Assembly: GCA_965222905.1 (NCBI GenBank)
Contig: OZ244976.1
Location: 7,301,261-7,365,260 of the forward strand
Length of the DNA stretch: 64,000 nucleotides
From: Vicinamibacterales bacterium
GTDB lineage: Bacteria > Acidobacteriota > Vicinamibacteria > Vicinamibacterales > UBA8438
Direction: 5' to 3'
Shown: piece after piece, positions 54,826-64,000 of the stretch
How the letters are laid out: every line of letters begins with the position of its first letter
How positions within the stretch are numbered: the stretch's first letter is position 1
Position numbers and translations under genes: made by a program
Notes under the pieces: model-generated
The model's database searches: none
The model's input: the letters and a program-made list of their open reading frames with translations, nothing else
What the model was told of the DNA's origin: nothing

Positions 54826-55370
54826 ATGGCTGTGACGACAGGATTCCAGGGACGTACATTCGACGTGCCCCGAACCGGCGTCCCGTGCATCGATCCCCCG
54901 AGGCGAGCCCCGTGCGCAGCGGCCGATGCTGTCTTCGCGGATGCCAAAGCCTTCCTCTCGTCCAGCGAAGCCCGGCAGATGAGCGAGAGCGAACTCGAAC
55001 GGGAACTGCACCGGCGGGGCCAGGAGTTGGTGCGCAAGCTCCTGCAAGGACATCGCGACCAACGCAGCCCGAAAGAGGCTGCTGGTCCGGCCGAGGGCAA
55101 GGGCACCAGCGGTGTCGAGTGCTCGGAGCCGCGCGAGCACGAAAGCCACGCCGAAACGGCCTCCGGCACGATGCAGGTTGTGGGTCTGGGCTGCGCGCGG
55201 CGCGGTCACGACGGCTTGCATCGGCTCGATGCCGCGCTGAACCTGCTGCCGGAGCGCTACTGGGTCGAGATGCGCCGCCGCGTGACCATCGCGACCGCCT
55301 CGCGGGCACCACCGCGTACGCCCTGGAAGCCACCGTGGTACTCGACATCATCCACGTGGCAGCGGCGACG
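54826..55370 (+). pseudogene. Degenerate copy of the ISKra4 transposase 5' part
   Basis: 'KAFLSSSEARQMSESELERELHRRGQELVRKLLQGH' parallels the 55600 ORF, then deleted and frameshifted. Confidence 0.8.
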
Positions 55371-55599
55371 CGGCGTGCGGTGCTCGTCGCCGGCTCATCG
55401 AAGGGCCTGTCGGCATTTGGTCCGCGATCCGATGGGAGCCGACCGGCGCACGGTGACACTTGGCTCCACAGTTGCGGCGGTCCGCAGCCGCCGCGGGTAG
55501 CCGGAGCCTGGATGCGTACTGAGGAGGAACCTGGCCAGCGCGGTGCTGGCGCGCGGCCTGGACAAGCGGCGGTTACGGGGGTTACCGGAGCGTTGAGCC

Positions 55600-57210
55600 A
55601 TGCAAGTTGTTCTCCGCCGCACCGCTCCACCCGCCCCGGCGCCCTATGCGGCGGCGGAGGCTTCTTTCGCGGAGACCAAAGCCTACCTTTCTTCGCGCGA
55701 GGCCCTGCAGATGCGTGAGAGCGACCTCGAACGGGAGTTGAACCGGCGTGGTCAGGAGTTGATGCGCAAGCTCCTGCAAGGGCACCTCGACCAACGCAGC
55801 CCGGGGGAGGCGGCGGGTCCGGTCGAGGGGGCCGACGGCGTCGAGCGTTCGGAGCGGCGGCTGCACGACCGGCAGTTGGAGACGACCTTCGGGACGGTGG
55901 CGGTCGAGCGCCTGGGCTACGCGCGGCACGGTCACGACAGTCTGCATCCGCTCGATGCGTCGCTGAACCTGCCGGCTGAGCGTTACTCGCTCGAGGTGCG
56001 CCGCCGGGTGGCCGAAGCGGCCGCATCGCGGTCGTTCGACGAAGCGCTGTTCGAGCTGTCTCGCCATAGCGGGGCCCAGGTGCCCAAGCGTCAGGCGGAA
56101 CAGTTGGTCGCTCGCGCGGCCGAGGACTTCGACGCCTTCTACGCGGCGCGCCGAGCGGCGGCGGGCGAGCCGGTCGCTGACGAGTCGGTTGTGGTGCTCA
56201 CCTTCGACGGCAAGGGCGTGGTGCTGCATCACGAGGACCTGCGCGAGGCGACGCGCAAGGCGGCCGAGAGGCGCCGGCGGCAACGCGAGCAGCTCTCCCC
56301 GTTCAACCGCCTGCGGCCGGGCGAGAAGAAGCACGCCAAACGCATGGCGACGGTGGCCGCCGTCTACGCGGTCGCGCCGTTGGTGCGCAGCCCGGAGGAT
56401 TTCCTGCAGAGCCTGATGCCCCGACAGCCGGCGGCCAAGGCCAAGAATCGGGCCAAGACCGCGGCGGTGCGTCCTCGCCCGGTGGCCAAACGGGTCTGGG
56501 CGAGCCTCGAACACGATCCGGCCGAGGTGGTCGCCGAGGCGATGCTGGAAGCCGAGCGCCACGACCCGGAGCGCGTCAAGCGCTGGGTCGTGCTCGTCGA
56601 CGGCGCCGAGACGCAACTCGCCCTCGTCGAAGCGGGCGCCGCCGCCTACGGCGTCGACGTGACGGTGATACTCGACATCATTCACGTGGTCGAGTACGTC
56701 TGGAAGGCGGCGCACGTGTTCCATCGCGAGCGGAGCCCCGACGCGGCGCATTGGGCCTGGACGCGCGTGCAGAGCATTCTCGAGGGCAAGTCCAGCAAGG
56801 TGGCCGCGGCGATGCGGCGGGCGGCGACCGTCGCAGGCTTGTCGAGCGACACCCGCAAGCCGGTCGATACGTGCGCCGACTACCTGCAGAAGTACGCGCC
56901 GTATCTGCACTACGACCGCTACCTCGCGGCGGGCTATCCCATCGCCACCGGCGTGATCGAAGGGGCGTGCCGGTACCTGGTCCGCGACCGGATGGAGTTG
57001 ACCGGAGCCCGCTGGCGGCTGGTCGGCGCCGAGGCGGTCCTGAAGCTGCGGGCGCTACGGGCCAGCGGCGACTTCGATGCGTACTGGGACTTCCACGAAG
57101 CGCGCGAGTACGAGCGGAACCACGCCCAGCGCTACGCTGACGGGATAGCACCGCCGGTCAGCGAGCCGCCCCCATCGCCCTCCTCACCTCGCCTTCGCCG
57201 GGTCAAGTAG
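55600..57210 (+). CDS. ISKra4 family transposase
   Basis: 'LTFDGKGVV', 'LVDG', 'LDIIHVVEYVW', 'PIATGVIEGACR.LV.DRM'. Confidence 0.92.
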   Translation: MQVVLRRTAPPAPAPYAAAEASFAETKAYLSSREALQMRESDLERELNRRGQELMRKLLQGHLDQRSPGEAAGPVEGADGVERSERRLHDRQLETTFGTVAVERLGYARHGHDSLHPLDASLNLPAERYSLEVRRRVAEAAASRSFDEALFELSRHSGAQVPKRQAEQLVARAAEDFDAFYAARRAAAGEPVADESVVVLTFDGKGVVLHHEDLREATRKAAERRRRQREQLSPFNRLRPGEKKHAKRMATVAAVYAVAPLVRSPEDFLQSLMPRQPAAKAKNRAKTAAVRPRPVAKRVWASLEHDPAEVVAEAMLEAERHDPERVKRWVVLVDGAETQLALVEAGAAAYGVDVTVILDIIHVVEYVWKAAHVFHRERSPDAAHWAWTRVQSILEGKSSKVAAAMRRAATVAGLSSDTRKPVDTCADYLQKYAPYLHYDRYLAAGYPIATGVIEGACRYLVRDRMELTGARWRLVGAEAVLKLRALRASGDFDAYWDFHEAREYERNHAQRYADGIAPPVSEPPPSPSSPRLRRVK

Positions 57211-57278
57211 CTCTTGCCATGCCGCTCGCAGCCCCTCCTGGACCCCTCTGGACCGCCGACGCAAAAGAGCCGCACCCC

Positions 57279-57742
57279 TTCCCACTTCGCTCTCGCTTAT
57301 AGGGTCAGTTGCCGCGGCGCCACCCGCGGACCCGCCGAGGTCTCCCAGGGTCACGCACTGGTCTTCCATACCGTGCCGCCCGCAAACACCTTGGTGCGGT
57401 GGGTGGATGAGATCGCCTTCGCCTCCATAGTGCAGGCTCGACCTTGCCCCACCTTTGGCCGACCGGTTCGTCATGGGGTCGCCCCCTCGACTACGGCCCG
57501 GTACTGCTCCGCAAACCCTTCGGACCCCACCTCACGGTGGGCGCCCTGTCCTCCGCAGTTCCGTCGTGGCGGCTCCAGGTCCACCTTGGCTGTGTCCAGC
57601 TTTCGCCTGCGTGCCCGTTTAGGTATCTCCATACCTGCCACCTGCGGCCGGCGAGGCATTACCCCCGCCTTTGGATACGGCCCCCCTCATCCGGGGGCCG
57701 GAGGGACTTCAACCCTCCTGACCAGTGCGCTGCCTGGCGCAC
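57279..57742 (-). ncRNA. ORF-less intron D, copy 3 (5' part; nested in copy 4, truncated by ISKra4)
   Basis: GTGCG at 57742 directly after copy 4's own DIII '...GGCCGAATAGT'. Confidence 0.88.
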
Positions 57743-58241
57743 ACTATTCGGCCGTCCGACTCCTCGACGAGCATCCCTTCCCACTTCGCTCTCGCTTATA
57801 GGGTCAGTTGCCGCGGCGCCACCCGCGGACCCGCCGAGGTCTCCCAGGGTCACGCACTGGTCTTCCATACCGTGCCGCCCGCAAACACCTTGGTGCGGTG
57901 GGTGGATGAGATCGCCTTCGCCTCCATAGTGCAGGCTCGACCTTGCCCCACCTTTGGCCGACCGGTTCGTCATGGGGTCGCCCCCTCGACTACGGCCCGG
58001 TACTGCTCCGCAAACCCTTCGGACCCCACCTCACGGTGGGCGCCCTGTCCTCCGCAGTTCCGTCGTGGCGGCTCCAGGTCCACCTTGGCTGTGTCCAGCT
58101 TTCGCCTGCGTGCCCGTTTAGGTATCTCCATACCTGCCACCTGCGGCCGGCGAGGCATTACCCCCGCCTTTGGATACGGCCCCCCTCATCCGGGGGCCGG
58201 AGGGACTTCAACCCTCCTGACCAGTGCGCTGCCTGGCGCAC
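57743..58241 (-). ncRNA. ORF-less intron D, copy 4 (first 499 nt, up to its DIII target site)
   Basis: Matches 45978-46476; 5' exon ...GACCTCGTAGT. Confidence 0.88.
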
Positions 58242-58896
58242 ACTACGAGGTCTTCCTGACGACGGTGGCGGCGTGCTGCCCACGCCGCCGCCCCGCGCCG
58301 GCAGCACGCGGACCGACGCGCCCGCGCCGACGCGGCAGCACGGGCGGTAGCTCCTACCGAAAACCTGCGGTCCTCGGCAACGGCAGGAGCACATGCGTTG
58401 CACCTGTCGGGTCCGTCGCAGTCCCGACCGCCACGGCGCTCATCGTCACCGGCCGGACACCTCCACGGACGCCACAGCGGGCGCCGACGAGGTCGCTTCG
58501 TAGGTCAACGGATCCCCGTCCGGGCCTCGGAACGCTCCCCGATGTCGATTACGGCCGTCTCGTTCACAGGCAGGACCTGATCGGCCAACGGACCGGTCGC
58601 CACCGGAGAACGGTTGGAGACCCCCGGCACCGTGGTCGTCATCCGGGATCGCCCGCCCGTCACGTGTGACCAGTGCTCGATGACCTTGTCGCGGTACTCC
58701 GCGTGCAGGCGGAGCATGTCGGGGTGGGGCGTCTGCCCAGGTCCCAACAGGTACACGAAGCCTGCGTTGAAGTCCTTCTGCGCCTCCGCCTCGGGGGGTA
58801 CTCTCGGTCCCTCCGCCGCTACGACCTGCTCGATGCTGAGGGCGGCGCGGTCTGGCAAGGTTCGTGGCGGCGACGACCCGGTTCACGTCCAGCGGT
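58242..58896 (-). pseudogene. Fragment of a large surface/secreted protein with a cadherin/Ig-like repeat
   Basis: 'NRSPVATGPLADQVL', 'PDGDPLTYEATSS.PAVASV' in shifting frames. Confidence 0.5.
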
Positions 58897-58970
58897 TGTT
58901 GCCGATCGCGAGAAAACGCGCTTTCCTGCACAGGCATCGACCGGTCTCATTGACGAGGTGAGTCTCAGGG

Positions 58971-59261
58971 TCATTCCGCCGCGTCATCACGGTGCGGACG
59001 CTGGCGGTTGCGCTCCTGTTGACTGAGTTCGGCCTCACGTCGGCGATAGCTCCGGCCTTCGATGAGCAGGATCTCGACGTGGTGGGTCAGTCGGTCGATC
59101 AGTGCGACGGCGCACGAGGCGTTGGGAAAGACGGTGTCCCAGCGCTTGAATGGCAGGTTGGTGGTGATCAGCAGGGAGCGGTGCTCATAGCGGCGGCTGA
59201 CGAGCTGGAAGATCAGGTCGGCGGCGCGGGCATCGTAGGAGAGGTACCCGAGCTCATCGAT
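58971..59261 (-). pseudogene. istB: IS21 helper ATPase IstB, C-terminal fragment cut at Walker B; IS end TGTTGCCGA at 58897
   Basis: 'IDELGYL...RRYE..S..ITTNLPF..W...DRLTHH...G.SYR'. Confidence 0.88.
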
Positions 59262-59270
59262 TAATGTTGA

Positions 59271-59554
59271 GCTCCACATTAATCGATTTTTGGGGTATCC
59301 ATTTAACCGGAGTCAGGGGCGTAACGGGGCCACGGTTCGCCCGGCGAGGGTTGTTTCGGGTGCGTGAAGTCGTGGTCGCCCGTGAACCGATGCGCCACCG
59401 GGGCCTCATCGCCGCCGGACAGCCCCGCCAGCACCCCCGCGGGTGCGGTGGGCACCCGCCGAGCCTCGCGTGTCCTTCAGCGGCCGCCGGCGGCGAGCAC
59501 GGCGCCGGGCCACTCCGGTTACATGGATACCCCAGAAATCGATTAATGTTGAGC
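59271..59554. repeat. 284-bp segment bounded by 43-bp inverted repeats that include RIT end motifs
   Basis: 59271-59313 is the reverse complement of 59512-59554 with 3 mismatches. Confidence 0.8.
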
Positions 59555-59679
59555 GATCGGTAATGTGGAGTAGCCGCCTTTTGTTCCCGCGGCGCCGAGC
59601 GCATTCCCTCCAGGACTCCACATTACGTACGTAGCATCGGGACCGTGCCAATCCCGGCACCGCGTTCCTGGAGGTCCCG

Positions 59680-60972
59680 ATGTTGGTCGAGTTGTATCCG
59701 AGGGTGCACCGGCGGTACACGTCGTTGGCGATCATCGGTCCGATCTTGGACGGATACGGCACGTGGCTCTTGAGGCAGGGTTACTCAACCGAACGCGCCC
59801 GCGAGCATTTCCAGGCGGCGCCACGCCTCGTCCGCCGTCTACAGCAACAGGGCGTGTGGGCCCTGACGAGCCTGACGCGAGCGCGATTGCGGGCCTGTAG
59901 GCCCGCGGATTCACAGGAGGATCCCGATCTGGCGGTCCTGGTGCGGCAGCTGGCGCGGTATTGCGAGTCCGAGCTGGCGCTGTATCCGCCGCCCGCGTTG
60001 ACCCGGGTCGAGCAGCGAGTCGCCGCCTACTGGACCTATCTGCAGCAGGTCCGGGGGTTCGCGCCTTCGACCCTGACGCACCATGGCCGCACGGCCGGCG
60101 AGTTTCTGGCACACATCGACTACGAGACGCACCCGCTGCGGCTCGCCACGCTCGACCGCCGAGATCTCGACACCTTTCTGTGTGCCGTCGCCCCCCGCCA
60201 GTCGCGTGCGTCCCTTCAGCATGTGGTGGCCAACCTCCGAGCCTTCCTCCGGTTCCTGGCGTCTGCCGGCGAGGTCCCGACCGGGCTCGACACGCAGATC
60301 GACACGCCGCGGGTGTATCGCGGCGAGAAGCTCCCACGGGCGCTGCCCTGGGACACGGTGCGGGCGCTCCTCCAGTCGATTGACCGCTCGAGCCCGCTGG
60401 GGCGCCGCGACTACGCGATCTTTCTCCTCATGGCGACCTACGGCCTGCGCGCGTGCGAGGTCGTGACGCTCACCCTCGACGACGTGGAGTGGCGGGCGGA
60501 GCGGCTGCGCATCCCGCAACGCAAGACACGCGGCTCGCTCTGGCTGCCGCTCACCGACGAGGCCGGGACCGCGCTGCTCGACTAGCTCCGTCACGGACGC
60601 GCCGCCCTGAACCTGCGCCGACAGCGGGTCCCGTTCCAGGGGCCGCCGCCGCGCAGCTATCGGGAGCTGTTTCTCCGCTGCCGCACGCCGGCGGGCGTCC
60701 TCAAACCGACGGCCGTCACCGAGGCCTTCCAGGCCTGGTCGAAGCGAAGCGGACTCGCCATTCCGTTCCAGGGAGCCCATTGCGTGCGGCACTCGTATGC
60801 GGTGCATCTCTTGCGGTCGGGCCTGTCGCTCAAGACGATCGGGGACCTCCTGGGCCATCGCACCCTGGAAAGCACGTGCGTGTACCTCCGCTTGGCGGTT
60901 GACGACCTCCGCGACGTCGCGCTGCCTCTGCCGGCCGCGGTTGACCGCACTGCGCCGGGGGTGGCGTCATGA
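59680..60972 (+). pseudogene. RitA-like tyrosine recombinase with premature TAG at 60583-60585
   Basis: 'RDYAIF...YGLRACEV', frame continues to 'HCVRHSYA...LLGH'. Confidence 0.88.
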
Positions 60973-61730
60973 CGGCGTTCCGCTCCGTCCTGGCCGCCAC
61001 CATCCGGAGCTACCTGACGCTCAAGCGAGCACTGGGCCGGCAGTACTCCAACGAAGAACACGTGCTGGCGCACCTGGATCGGTTCCTCGCCGCCCGGCGC
61101 GTCGATCTCGTCGCCGAGACGTTCGCCGCCTGGTGTCTCACCCTGCAGCACTTGGCCTCGGTCACGCGTCGAGGTCGCATGCGGGTCGTGCGAAACCTGT
61201 GCCTGTATCGCCGCCGCGGCGAGCCCGGCTGCTTCGTCCCGGACGAGCGGCTGTTTCCGCCGGTTCACCAGGCCATCCGGCCGCATATCTTCACCGACAG
61301 CCAGATAGTCCAGTTGCTGGCCGTCGCGGGCACTGCCCCGCACCTCCAATTCGCCACTCCGTCCCGAGAACATGCGCCTCGCGATCGTGCTGCTGTCCAC
61401 CACCGGACTGCGACGCGGTGAGCTGACGCGGCTGACCGTGGGAGACTACGACCCGCCGCAACGCACGCTGACGATCCGCCAGTCCAAGTTCTACAAGTCC
61501 CGCCTCGTCCCGGTATCGGCGGATGCCGCCCTCGAGGTCGAGCACCTGATCGCGGTTCGCAACCGGCGGCGATTTCCAGCCGGGGCGGACAGCCCGCTGC
61601 TCTGGCATCGCCATCCGAGCACTGGCGGCTACAGCGGCGGGGGCCTCGGCGGCGCCATGCGGGCACTCTTCCGGCGGGCCGGCATCCGGACCGCGACGGG
61701 GCATCTCCCACGCACGCATGATTTCCGTCA
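60969..61730 (+). pseudogene. RitB-like tyrosine recombinase, frameshifted near 61330 and cut at HDFRH
   Basis: 'YLTLKRALG', 'TGLRRGE', 'SKFYKSRLVP', 'RTHDFRH'. Confidence 0.85.
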
Positions 61731-61813
61731 TTATTCGGGGATCCGGATTATTCCGAGTCGATTGATCAAGATGGGCGGTGCTCGGGTTGGATGCCGCATT
61801 GGACTCGGAATAA

Positions 61814-62821
61814 TCACAGACTGTTCAGGAAGGCCAGGACCTCGTCGTCCGGGCGGAATCGGTCCGACGGGGAGTGAGTGGGGGTGGTCCTGGCCATCGC
61901 CTGTTCCTTCAGCTTGAGATCGGCGTGCAGATAGACGTAGGTCGTCTCGACGGACTCGTGACCGAGCCAGAGCGCGATCACGGCGCGGTCGACGCCGTTT
62001 TGCAGCAGGTCCATGGCGGCGGTATGACGCAGCACGTGTGGGGTGACGCGCTTCTTCTTCAGCGAGGGGCATGTCGCCCGTGCAACAGGCAGATGCTTCG
62101 CCAGCAGGTAGTCGAGCCCGTCGTGACTGAGGGAACCGCCGCGTTGATTCGGGAAAACGGGGGCGTCCGGTTCGCCGCGAAGCTCTTCGAGCCAGCTCCG
62201 CAGGGCTGCCGCCGCATCTTTGCGCAGCGGCGTACAGCGTTCCTTGCGGCCCTTGCCATGACAACGCAGATGGGCGCCCGGGCCAAGCTGGACATCCTTG
62301 CAGCGCAGACCGAGGAGTTCCGACGCCCGCAGTCCGGTTTGCACCGCCACGAGCAGCAGGGCGCGGTCCCGGCGTCCCGCCCGTGTCTGCAGGTCCGGGG
62401 CCCGCAGCAAGGCCTCGACTTCGTCCCGGTTGAGAAAGTCCACCGGCCGGCGGGTATGGCGTTTGTTCGGCATGGCCAGGACCCGCTGCGCCAAGGCCGC
62501 GTGTTGGGGCTCGTGCGAAGCGACGTAGCCGAAGAAGGAACGGATCGCGGCCAGTCGGGTGTTGCGCGTACGCGCGTCGTTGCCGCGCTGGTTCTCGAGA
62601 TGACTCAGGAAGGCGCCGAGGAAGTCTGTGTTCAGGTCGCCGAGTTCCAGTTCCGTTGGGGCCTTCTTCAACACCTTGCGGGCATGGCGGACCAGCAGTC
62701 GGAACGTGTCCCGGTAGCTGGCGATGGTGTGCGGGCTGGCTTGGAGCTGCTGCATGAGGCGGTCGGTGAAGAAGGCCGCCAGGAGTCGGGGGAAGTCGGC
62801 GTGGAAGTCGGCGGTCGTCAT
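61814..62821 (-). CDS. RitC-like tyrosine recombinase of RIT element 2 (intact)
   Basis: 'SPHTIASYRDTFRLL', 'TGLRASE', 'GKGRKER', 'PHVLRHT.AM.LL', 'LWLGHES.ETT..Y'. Confidence 0.92.
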   Translation of the reverse strand: MTTADFHADFPRLLAAFFTDRLMQQLQASPHTIASYRDTFRLLVRHARKVLKKAPTELELGDLNTDFLGAFLSHLENQRGNDARTRNTRLAAIRSFFGYVASHEPQHAALAQRVLAMPNKRHTRRPVDFLNRDEVEALLRAPDLQTRAGRRDRALLLVAVQTGLRASELLGLRCKDVQLGPGAHLRCHGKGRKERCTPLRKDAAAALRSWLEELRGEPDAPVFPNQRGGSLSHDGLDYLLAKHLPVARATCPSLKKKRVTPHVLRHTAAMDLLQNGVDRAVIALWLGHESVETTYVYLHADLKLKEQAMARTTPTHSPSDRFRPDDEVLAFLNSL

Positions 62822-63586
62822 GACGGCGGCCTCCTTGCGACGCGGTCGAGCCGCCGGGCGGCGAGTTGCATCAGCTCGGGGGTGACCGTGAGGTACCAGT
62901 AGGTGTCGCTCACGTGCGCATGGCCGAGGTAGGTCGCCAGACGGGGCAGACGGCCCTCGACGTCGATGCCGCCGCGGTACCAGCGGAGCAGCGTCCCGAC
63001 AGCAAATCGATGGCGCAGGTCATGCAGACGGGGACCGCGGGAATCGGACGGGCCGCGCAGGCCGACTTGCCGGGACAGCTTGACGAAGGTCCAGCGCAGC
63101 GCCCACTCGGTGATCCGGGCGCCGTGTTCGGAGAGGAAGAAGCTCGGGCTGCGAGGATTGAGACAGAGGCGATCACGCTGCGCCGCGTAGTTGCCCAGCG
63201 CCCGCCGTGTCGACTCGTGAACGGGAACGTATCTCGACTTCCCGAACTTGCTGCTCCGTACGGTCAGAACGCCGTGTGCGAGGTCGACGTCGTCGCGGTT
63301 CAGGCATAGCGGTTCGGAGCTGCGCATCCCGGTGACCGCCAACAGCGCCAGGAGCGTGGTGTAGGTAAAGGGTCTGAGTCCGGTAGTCCCGGACAGTCCC
63401 TGGGCCGCACCCAGCAGGTCGGCGACCTCCGCATCGCTGTAGAGATAGGGCCGCGAGCGGCGGTACCGATAGGAGAGCAGGCCCGGCGGCGGCACCTCGT
63501 GGCGAGAGTCCACGGCATTCGCAAAGCGGGCGAAGCGGCGTACCATCCCAAGGCGGTTCGCCCACTGGGCGGGTTGCACGTCACGC
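62818..63586 (-). pseudogene. RitB-like recombinase of RIT element 2, 5'-truncated by IS21
   Basis: 'TGMRSSE', 'KFGKSR', 'RLHDLRHRFA', 'LATYLGH...TYWYL'. Confidence 0.85.
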
Positions 63587-63658
63587 TGTTGGCGAGCTCG
63601 AGGAAGTGATCATTTCTGAAGTTCCGTCGACTGGCTGTGGACGACCCTGCTGATCGCG

Positions 63659-64000
63659 TCATTCGGTGTCTTCGTCGCGAGCCGGACGCTGGCGGTTGCG
63701 CTCCTGCTGGCTGAGTTCAGCCTCCCGGCGACGAAAGCTGCTCCCTTCGATGCGAAGGATCTCGACGTGGTGGGTCAGCCGGTCGATCAGGGCGACGGCG
63801 CACGAGGCGTTGGGAAAGACGGTGTCCCAGTTCTTGAAAGGCAGGTTGGTGGTGATCAGCAGGGAGCGGTGTTCGTAGCGGCGGCTGACGAGCTGGAAGA
63901 TCAGGTCCGCGGCACGGGCGTCGTAGGCGAGGTAGCCCAGTTCGTCGACGCACAATAGCGCGGGGCGCGTGTAGTGGCGCAGGCGGCGTTCGAGTGCGCG
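63659..64000 (-). CDS. istB: IS21 helper ATPase IstB (continues beyond the window); IS end TGTTGGCGA at 63587
   Basis: 'LLCVDELGYL...DRLTHH'; close paralog of 58971-59261. Confidence 0.9.
   Translation of the reverse strand, partial: RALERRLRHYTRPALLCVDELGYLAYDARAADLIFQLVSRRYEHRSLLITTNLPFKNWDTVFPNASCAVALIDRLTHHVEILRIEGSSFRRREAELSQQERNRQRPARDEDTE

Larger units (their letters stand above)
54376..57277 (+). mobile_element. ISKra4-like composite region
   Basis: IR GGGTGCGGCTCTTTT at 54376 (second copy at 54578) and AAAAGAGCCGCACCC ending 57277; flanks not duplicated. Confidence 0.75.
59544..61730 (+). mobile_element. RIT (recombinase-in-trio) element 1, partial
   Basis: End motifs TAATG at 59544 and 59561 and inverted CATTA ending 59625; overlapping tyrosine recombinase genes. 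Confidence 0.8.

Noticed and set aside
57279-58241. Tandem repeat as CRISPR array or simple duplication
   Set aside because: The unit is 499 bp with no spacers, and the junction is exactly the intron 5' GTGCG at its own target site. No CRISPR array or cas gene was seen anywhere in the window.
60583-60585. Programmed TAG readthrough (pyrrolysine) in ritA
   Set aside because: A single TAC-to-TAG change in a region full of pseudogenes is simpler, and no pyl genes were seen.

Overview
High-GC bacterial DNA in two parts. The gene content (BlaI/M56 pair, DUF1592-DUF1552-ankyrin cluster, tricorn protease, SEL1/cadherin shards) suggests an Acidobacteriota-like, possibly host-associated organism, but that is inference only. 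Positions 1-23.3 kb hold mostly intact genes: argH-like 3' end, Zn metalloprotease, three toxin-antitoxin pairs, a BlaI/M56 regulon with three phased operators, two channel-like paralogs with non-canonical filters, tricorn protease, MBL hydrolase and an NHL protein. Positions 23.4-64 kb are a decayed mobile-element pile-up: IS4, IS1182-like, IS1380, ISAzo13, two Mutator-type IS, IS21, IS110 shards, RIT elements and at least five distinct group II introns. The main result is a set of three different parasites of group II introns nested at 35.8-47.3 kb and 57.3-58.2 kb. (1) A 2.96-kb large serine recombinase element sits in the conserved G-I/V-P codons of intron RT genes; its reconstructed attP is symmetric (21+CC+21) and, only when circularised, places an SD+ATG in frame with the otherwise start-less DUF5372-like gene. 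(2) An 840-nt ORF-less intron is present in 4 copies, three of them in domain III of other introns or of itself, and its EBS1 loop co-varies with the target. (3) A class D-like intron has EBS1/EBS2 that read the YADD codons. All family assignments come from motif recognition by eye; no database searches were run.
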